Shown in pieces: positions 57,450 through 64,000 of a DNA stretch of 64,000 nucleotides. The notes below the pieces were generated by a model, which worked only from the letters and a program-made list of their open reading frames with translations, searched no databases and was not told the origin of the DNA. Every line of letters starts with the position of its first letter. Position 1 is the stretch's first letter. The DNA is from Chlorokybus atmophyticus (Eukaryota > Plantae > Mesostigma and Chlorokybus algae): assembly GCA_009103225.1 (NCBI GenBank), contig RHPI01002402.1, positions 1,025,412 through 1,089,411 of the forward strand, read 5' to 3'. The position numbers and the translations under genes were made by a program.

Positions 57450-60400
57450 CCACCACTGCATCGCCATGTACACGCTTGAATACTGCCATGTAACGACAAG
57501 GTATCTAGCTAATATACATTCCGACTTCTACTACAGTGTATACTACACCACTTGGGCTTTTCGTACACTTCTACACTACTTTTATAGTGCCACTTCGCCA
57601 CTGCCAGCCAAAGCATGCCAAGTACAGCTTGAATGGTTTTACTTGCCACCCAGTATGTTTGCTCAGGTAGTGGCACACATCTCGACCCGCATTAGTCGAC
57701 ATCGACAGGTACATCTGCTGCAGCAGGTCGAAGTTCTGCTCCGCAGATAGCTCTTGCACATTGCCGGGCTGCTGCAGCAGCAACAACACCATCATATCGA
57801 GGACGGCGAGGGGCAACAACGTACTACGGATGGCCATATCGTGTATGGGTTCCAACCACGGCCAATCCCCAGAGGTCTGTTTAGACCGCATTCTCCGCGT
57901 TTGCTCCCACTTATTGCAAACTTTCGTCACCCACCTCGAGGCATGCCGCATGCGGTGATGCAGTGCGTCTTGGGCGTACTGTAGGGTGATCAACTCCTTT
58001 GCACTACGAGTCAGCCCCTCAAAGCGTCTGCGCGGCGGTGCTTTGAGCTTAGGCAGCTCGTGCCGCACCGGCTGTCTCTCTGGACGATGCAAAGCAGCCA
58101 CTTGACGCTGTAAACCCGCCTGTGCCTACTCAAGACACACAGTCAGCCCCAGTGAGGCTTCAAGGCGCTGTGCTTCTTCTAATGTTGTAACGATGCCTCA
58201 CCTTTCCTTTTTTGGTCCTGTCAGCATCCTTTGTTCCAACAACCTTCTTCTTTTTTTTTTGGTCACCCTGCACATCCTGGCAGGCGCTCTCCGTGGCACT
58301 GTCACTCAGAGGAGGTAAGGCGTTATCTTCTTGCTCCACAGCCTTGCGCTTGTTGGTTGCCTCCCGTTCCTCCACGACCTCATGTTGCTTCATGAGGTCG
58401 AGCATGAAGCCTTTGTCTTTCAGCGCAGCTTTCAGGACACCTCGATCAATCTCTTTACCAACAAGACAGGCTGGGATCAATGTGGCAAGCTTAGAGGGAG
58501 AGGGCGAGCTACAGTTGCTTCTTAATGGAGATGCCTCCGGATGGTCAGAGTGCGCTGGCAAGTGAGTCTCCGCGGCAGGAAGGGAGGGTGCGGAATGGGG
58601 ATTGCGAGCATGTGGCTGTGGTTGAGGGGAGGCAGGATGTGCAGAACACTCGGCTACTTCTTGCCTAGCACACGAAGGCGAGGCCTGAGGCGTTGGCGCA
58701 GCACTCTGGGTCACAGCCGGTGGTAGCGGGGAATTGGCAACGCCATTCCGCCACTTTCCGATCAGGTGTGTTACCTCCGGTGGCACTTCATGCATAGGCC
58801 ACGACCACTGTTCGGTGCTTGCAGGCTTGAGGAGCCAAAGTGTGCTTCTGGCTCATCAGGAGCAGTGTTGCCCACCACCAGGACTGAGTTGGGGGCTTCT
58901 TTATTTCCAACCTAAACTGCGCTGCCGGGCCGTGGCACTCACTCCCCATGCTCGCGCTGAACGGTCACGTAGCCAATCAACAAGCCCAGCTTGTTGGCAA
59001 ACATGGTCATCACACACTGCAGGTGCTCGACGTACACATCTTTTCTCCGCACGATCTGTCGCACCTTGGCCATGGCTAGGTCAATGTTGCAGTTGACATC
59101 AGCCAACATGGTCGCAGGCAGTTTGTCGTAATACTGCGCCATCTCTCCCGCGGCACCAGTGGCTCCGCAGAAGTTTAGGATTCTGCTCGCCACGCCTGCA
59201 TCGACAGCCTTGGCGGTGATTTTGCGGAGAGTGTGCCCCCTGCCGTCGTCGTCCATGGTGTCCAGCATGGCCCAAAATGTGCTCGAGCTGGGGCACTTGT
59301 GATCATCCAGGACACTTTGCGCTATGGATGGCCTGGCGCGAAATACATAATGGTAGAAGCAATTACCATCCGTTGGCGCATTGAAGTGGTCCCATGAGGC
59401 GAGCTGGCCACCTAGCATGACTAATGGATGTACGCGGGTTGCGGCCAGCTCCTCTGATGACTCGCTGGCAGGTGGTGACCCCTGCTGCATGCGCATACAG
59501 CACCTACATGGTGTGTCCAACTGTGGACGGCAAGAGTCACAGTGACTGATAAACTACCTGAGTTTGGGGCAGACTGCCGGCTTCAACTTGCAGCGGGTGG
59601 GGTAAGGTAGGTGCAGAAGCCACATCGGTTGTTGCATTGTGCTGTGGTCTCGCCGGTGGCGGCAAGAAGGATTGTTGCCCCGCAATCACCGGTGCTGCTC
59701 GTGGAGGAGATGGCAGTGCACGAAGGACTGGTGCCGCGGAAGGTGGTTGCGCTCTGGCTGGGAGGGGAGCAGGAGCTGCAGGTGAGACCACTTGTGCATG
59801 CAGCAAGGGGGGCTGTATACAGGACCCAGGATAAGATGGCTCATTATGTTGCAAAGGACGAATATAAGCTTATGCAGTGCCTGACGCATTGTTACCAAGG
59901 CATGAGCATAAAAGACAGCGACTTACCTCAATGGCCCATGGGCTGCATGGAGCAGGGGAAGCCATGGGGGTTGACAAGGTGGTATTGGCTGCACTCTCCC
60001 CGCCACCCTCGATGGCAGACTCGTCACGGAGCTCGTGAGCCATGGGCACATCATGCGCCACTGCCCCAATGGACATGTCGGGATTCAACAGGCCAACATG
60101 CATGTTAAACTGATGCCGCATTGCCGCCGCGCCCATCAGCAAGTGGGATTGAAGGACCAGTTGATGGGATTGAATCCAGGCTTGCATAGGAGCTCCAACA
60201 GAACCTAGTGCACTGTGGTGCTGTCAACCAATCACATGTGGGTTAGCTGCATGCTTGCGACACTGCAATTGCAACAGTCAACTGCGTCACACCGTCATCA
60301 GTTGGTTGCTTCGAACAGTCACCTGCGGCATTGCTGGTTGATGCACGAATGACTGCATGGACTGCGTCATTGCTGGTTGATGCACTATTGGTTGAATGCC

Positions 60401-60480
60401 GGACGAATGGCCACGCGCTCCTGTGCTCAAACCCAACCTACTTCGTTCGGCACGCGCGCGCGACTTCGCACGCTCACGCA
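57450..60480 (-). pseudogene. Long decayed ORF with OTU-like cysteine protease domain (~58830-59400), probably TE- or virus-derived
   Basis: FNAPTDGNCFYH (OTU DGNC motif)...VYVEHLQCVMTMFANKLGLLIGYV...SVLVVGN...EAHFGSS (candidate catalytic His). It is flanked by Pro/Ala-rich linkers, a Lys-rich block and an unknown C-terminal domain, with isolated TGA/TAG stops. Confidence 0.65.
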
Positions 60481-60707
60481 CATCCTAGCATGCAAAGGTA
60501 GGCATGCATTGGAGCCGACATTGCAATCAACATGCACAGCGAGATTGGCAACAACATACCGCCGCCCAGCTCTGTCTATCAGCTCTTGCTTCCGCAATGT
60601 CGGCTTGACTGTAGGGTGGGTATGGGTGAATAGTGGAGGCTTGCAGCCACGCTACATATATCACATGGACTGCGCTCAGAAACAAATTGCTCTTGCAAGG
60701 AAATGCA

Positions 60708-61094
60708 TGTGACTGTTGAGCGTACCTCTGCATTCCTTTGTACTTGTTCCCACATTGTCAGGAGAGAGGGTGTGCCCCTCCTCCCTTTAATCCCCTACCC
60801 CAACACCACCACCAGCCTCGCCGCCGCCGCCGCCACTGCCGGGGCAGTTGCCAGAGCAAAAGATGCTCTGGCTATGGCGGCCGCTGCGTTAGCAGCGCCG
60901 CCATGCAGCTGATATCCACATGAGACTCATGTCTCATGTCGATATCAGTGTTATAGTTAAGTAACACTACATTAGGGCCTTAACACTAGGTTAACGGCCC
61001 TAATAAGGCTTAATAGGCTGTATAATCCCGTTGGGACCCTTATTTAATCCTAAATAAGGGCGGGGAACCTCTATGGAGGTAGCACACCGTTACA
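60708..61094 (-). mobile_element. Putative 3' LTR (387 bp) of the chromovirus
   Basis: On the minus strand it begins TGTAAC immediately after the PPT and ends GTCACA (5/6 terminal inverted match). The left boundary is unconfirmed because the 5' LTR lies outside the window. Confidence 0.6.
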
Positions 61095-61104
61095 TTCCCC
61101 CCCA
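61095..61104 (-). promoter_or_regulatory. Polypurine tract (plus-strand primer site) of the gypsy element
   Basis: Minus strand TGGGGGGGAA directly abutting TG, ~110 bp after the integrase stop. Confidence 0.85.
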
Positions 61105-61216
61105 CTTAGGTTTCAATGTCCTCATTGAAGGGTTAGCAAAGCCCCATCACGAGTCACAAAACGAAAGCAGTGAGAGAACCAGGGCCGAAGCGGTAAAGAT
61201 GTCTGCCAGCACCCTT

Positions 61217-64000
61217 TTACCGTTCGCGTGTGGACACAGTACTCCAGTACCCCCGAAGAACCTCTTGGCAGTTGGTAAGATTCCTTTCGGGCTCCCATGT
61301 ATTGTGTTCAACACCATACCCTTTCCATTTCACCAAGTAGGACGGCGCGCGTCCGCGTCGAGGCTTACGGTGACTTAGGATTGCTTCCACCTCATACTCA
61401 AATGTATTGTCACCATCCACTGCGACTGGGGGTGGAGGAGGTTGAACCCGACCGTCTGATCGGTACGGTTTCAGTACACTCACATGAAACACATTGTGAA
61501 TTCGTATCGACATTGGTAAATCCAAACGATACGCGTGAGTGCCGACCCGATCAATCACTTTGAAAGGGCCTATCCAGCGAGGGAAAAACTTGCGGGTACC
61601 CACTCCCTTGATGGATACGTTTTTGGTACTTAAAAGCACCGAACAGCCCACATCGTAGGTGGCCTCTCTACGATGCGCATCAGCTTGGGCTTTTTGTCTG
61701 TCTTGCGCTGCGCGCAGACAGTCTTTTGCCAACGCTAACCTATCCTGCATGGCCGAAGCCATCTCGCGCGCTGCAGGTACGCGAGTCACGTCAGTAGCGG
61801 GCAACTTAATGTTCGCAGGACTTAGTGGATGCACTCCGTAATTCAAGAAGAACGGAGTCTCCTGCACACTCTCTTGCCATGCATTATTGATCGCAAATTC
61901 AGCCATTGGGAGATAAATATCCCAATCACTCTGATTCGGGCTCACATAATGCCGGATGGTTTCCTCAATCACTTGATTGGCGCGTTCTGTTTGACCATCC
62001 GTCTGTGGATGGTAAGCAGTGCTCATGTTCTGCTGAATGTGTAAGAAGCTGCATAGCGACTTCCAAAACTGAGCCACAAATCGCGGATCGCGATCTGACA
62101 CGAAGTTGCGGGGCAAGCCATGCAACTTGAACACAGACGCGACAAAAACCATCGCCAACTCACGGGAGCCTATCTCCGTGCGACAAGGGACAATGTGGAC
62201 CATTTTTGTTAAACGATCCACGAAAACTGCAACCGCAGTGTGACCTAATGCTGTCTCTGGGAGCTCGGTTATTAAGTCCATACTCACACTTTCCCATTTG
62301 CCATCAGGAACAGGCAAAGGTCGCAGCAACCCAGCGGGTTTCTGACGTAACGGCTTGTCACGCTGACATTTGTCACAGGTGTCAACATAACGCTTTACGT
62401 CAACAGGCAACGATGGCCACCAGTACAGCTGTTACGCTGCCCTGGTAGTCTTGCGATTTCCAAAGTGCCCAGCGTACGGTGGGTCGTGTACATCAGCTAT
62501 GCATTGCATGCGTAGCCCAGCATGGTCAGGTATCACCAAGCTAGCACCCATATAATACAAGTTGTCTCGTGCTTCAAGCTGTTGTATATTCTCTTGCCGT
62601 GAGAACCATGGGTCTAAGGAATACCCATGCAAAACAGATTGCACAAATGCATCATTAGCGGGCAATGTAACTTGCGTCGCAAGCAATTGCGCACGCATAA
62701 CTGCCAATAATGACGGACAGCGACTTAAAGGATCTGCCACATTAGTTCTGCCAGGCCGATATACCCATTCAAAAGTAAATCGCGACAGAAACTCATTCCA
62801 GCGAGCTTGCCTACGTGACAAGGTCAGCTGCGTTGAGAAGTATACTAATGGGTTGTGATCAGTCACCACTGTGAACTGAACTCCCTCTAAGTAACATCGC
62901 CAAGTTTCGAGAGCATGTACGACACCAAGCAACTCTTGCTCAGTAGTAGTGTAGTTTACCTCCGCTGGGATAAACTTCCTACTTTCATAAGCACATGGTC
63001 TGCCGTCTTGCAGTAGTACTGCACCACACCCAAGGGTGGAAGCATCACTGACCACAGTGAAATGTTTATCCCAATTTGGCAATGCCAATACTGGAGCTGA
63101 AGTTAATGCTAACTTCACTTGTTGCATAGCAGCTTCTTGGTCTGACGTCCAAGAAAATGGCGCGTCCTTTCGCAACAATTTAGTCAAGGGCATTACAACT
63201 GTAGAATAACCCATCATAAATTTGCGAAAATAATTTGCCAATCCCAAAAATGATCTCAGTTGATGAATATTTTTGGGTTGAGGCCAATTCTTGACAACTT
63301 GCACCTTGCGAGGGTCAGGCTTTACACCCGCACCACTCACAACATGTCCCAAGAATGGTAACTCCGATTTGCAAAAGTCACATTTTGCAAGGCTGGCAAA
63401 TAAATGATGCTTCCGCAACAAAGTAAACACCGCTTCTAAGTGTTGCTTATGTTCCTCTTTGGTTTTACTAAAGACAATAATGTCATCCAAGTAAACCATA
63501 ACATACTTGCCAAGTATATTACCGAAAATTTTATTCATTTCCTTCTGAAACACAGCAGGCGCATTCGTCAATCCAAAGGGTAGCACTTTGTATTGATAAT
63601 GGCCCGAAGGTGTTCTGAAAGCTGTCTTATAGACATCAGCGGAATGAATTCGGATCTGATGATATCCACTTGTCAGGTCTAATGTACTGAAGTATGCATT
63701 ACCTGATAGTTTATCAAACACGTCATCAATCCGTGGCAACGGGTATCGATTTTTCACCGTGATTTTGTTTAAAGCACGATAGTCCACACACATGCGCAAT
63801 TTTCCATTCTTTTTCATCACAAATAGGATGGGTGCGCCAAAGGGTGAAGAACTTGGTTCAATCAATCCTTTTTCCAATAACTCCTTGATTTGTGTTTCCA
63901 TTTCCCCCCTTTCTCTAGGGCTTAGCCTATATATTGGCCGAAAAGGAGGATCACTATCAGGAATTAATGGTATAGTGTGTCCGACACCTCGGTCAGGAGG
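61217..64000 (-). mobile_element. Ty3/gypsy chromovirus pol (RT-RNase H-integrase-chromodomain), one in-frame nonsense codon; continues beyond the window
   Basis: RT: LRMCVDYRALN, YPLPRIDD, FGLTNAP, YLDD. RNase H: VVSDAS, ELLGVV, TDH. Integrase: HDPPYAGHFG...CDKC, SMDLI, SDRDPRF, TERANQ, WIGPF. Chromodomain: YEVEAIL...YLVKWKGY...NTWEP. The two ORF-track ORFs share one frame and are split only by TAA at 62432-62434. Confidence 0.98.

Noticed and set aside
57400-60480. OTU ORF as an extra upstream ORF of the adjacent decayed gypsy
   Set aside because: Same strand and adjacent, but there is a compositional break near 57400 and no gag motif or LTR/PBS links them. Left open.
62411-62434. Programmed frameshift or readthrough between RNase H and integrase
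   Set aside because: Both ORFs are in the same frame and the stop lies inside the integrase zinc-binding motif, so a simple nonsense mutation is more likely.

Overview
Intron-rich eukaryotic nuclear DNA, most likely from a green alga or early-diverging streptophyte (inference from short GT-AG introns, moderate-to-high GC and plant-type UPF3/ATG1/AVP1 motifs). About 0-47 kb is gene-dense. Recognisable genes are ESF2/ABT1, an OsmC-family peroxidase with a probable mitochondrial presequence, a NIMA-related kinase, a K+-type vacuolar H+-pyrophosphatase, ATG1, a DUF179/AlgH-like protein, a type I signal peptidase, UPF3, PIG-V and a CHY-RING E3 ligase. There are also two unidentified spliced genes and a decayed RLE-type LINE. 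Most genes sit in head-to-head pairs. About 47-64 kb is a nest of mobile-element debris: a near-intact chromodomain Ty3/gypsy (one nonsense codon, 3' LTR and PPT visible), an older gypsy PR-RT remnant, a PHD-finger gypsy integrase fragment, and decayed non-gypsy ORFs. One of those ORFs carries an OTU deubiquitinase-like domain, and two share an unrecognised helical domain; this is the best candidate for an undescribed element. Two N-gaps, single-N joins and a ~340-nt poly-G tract are assembly features. All gene models were built by eye and no database searches were run.
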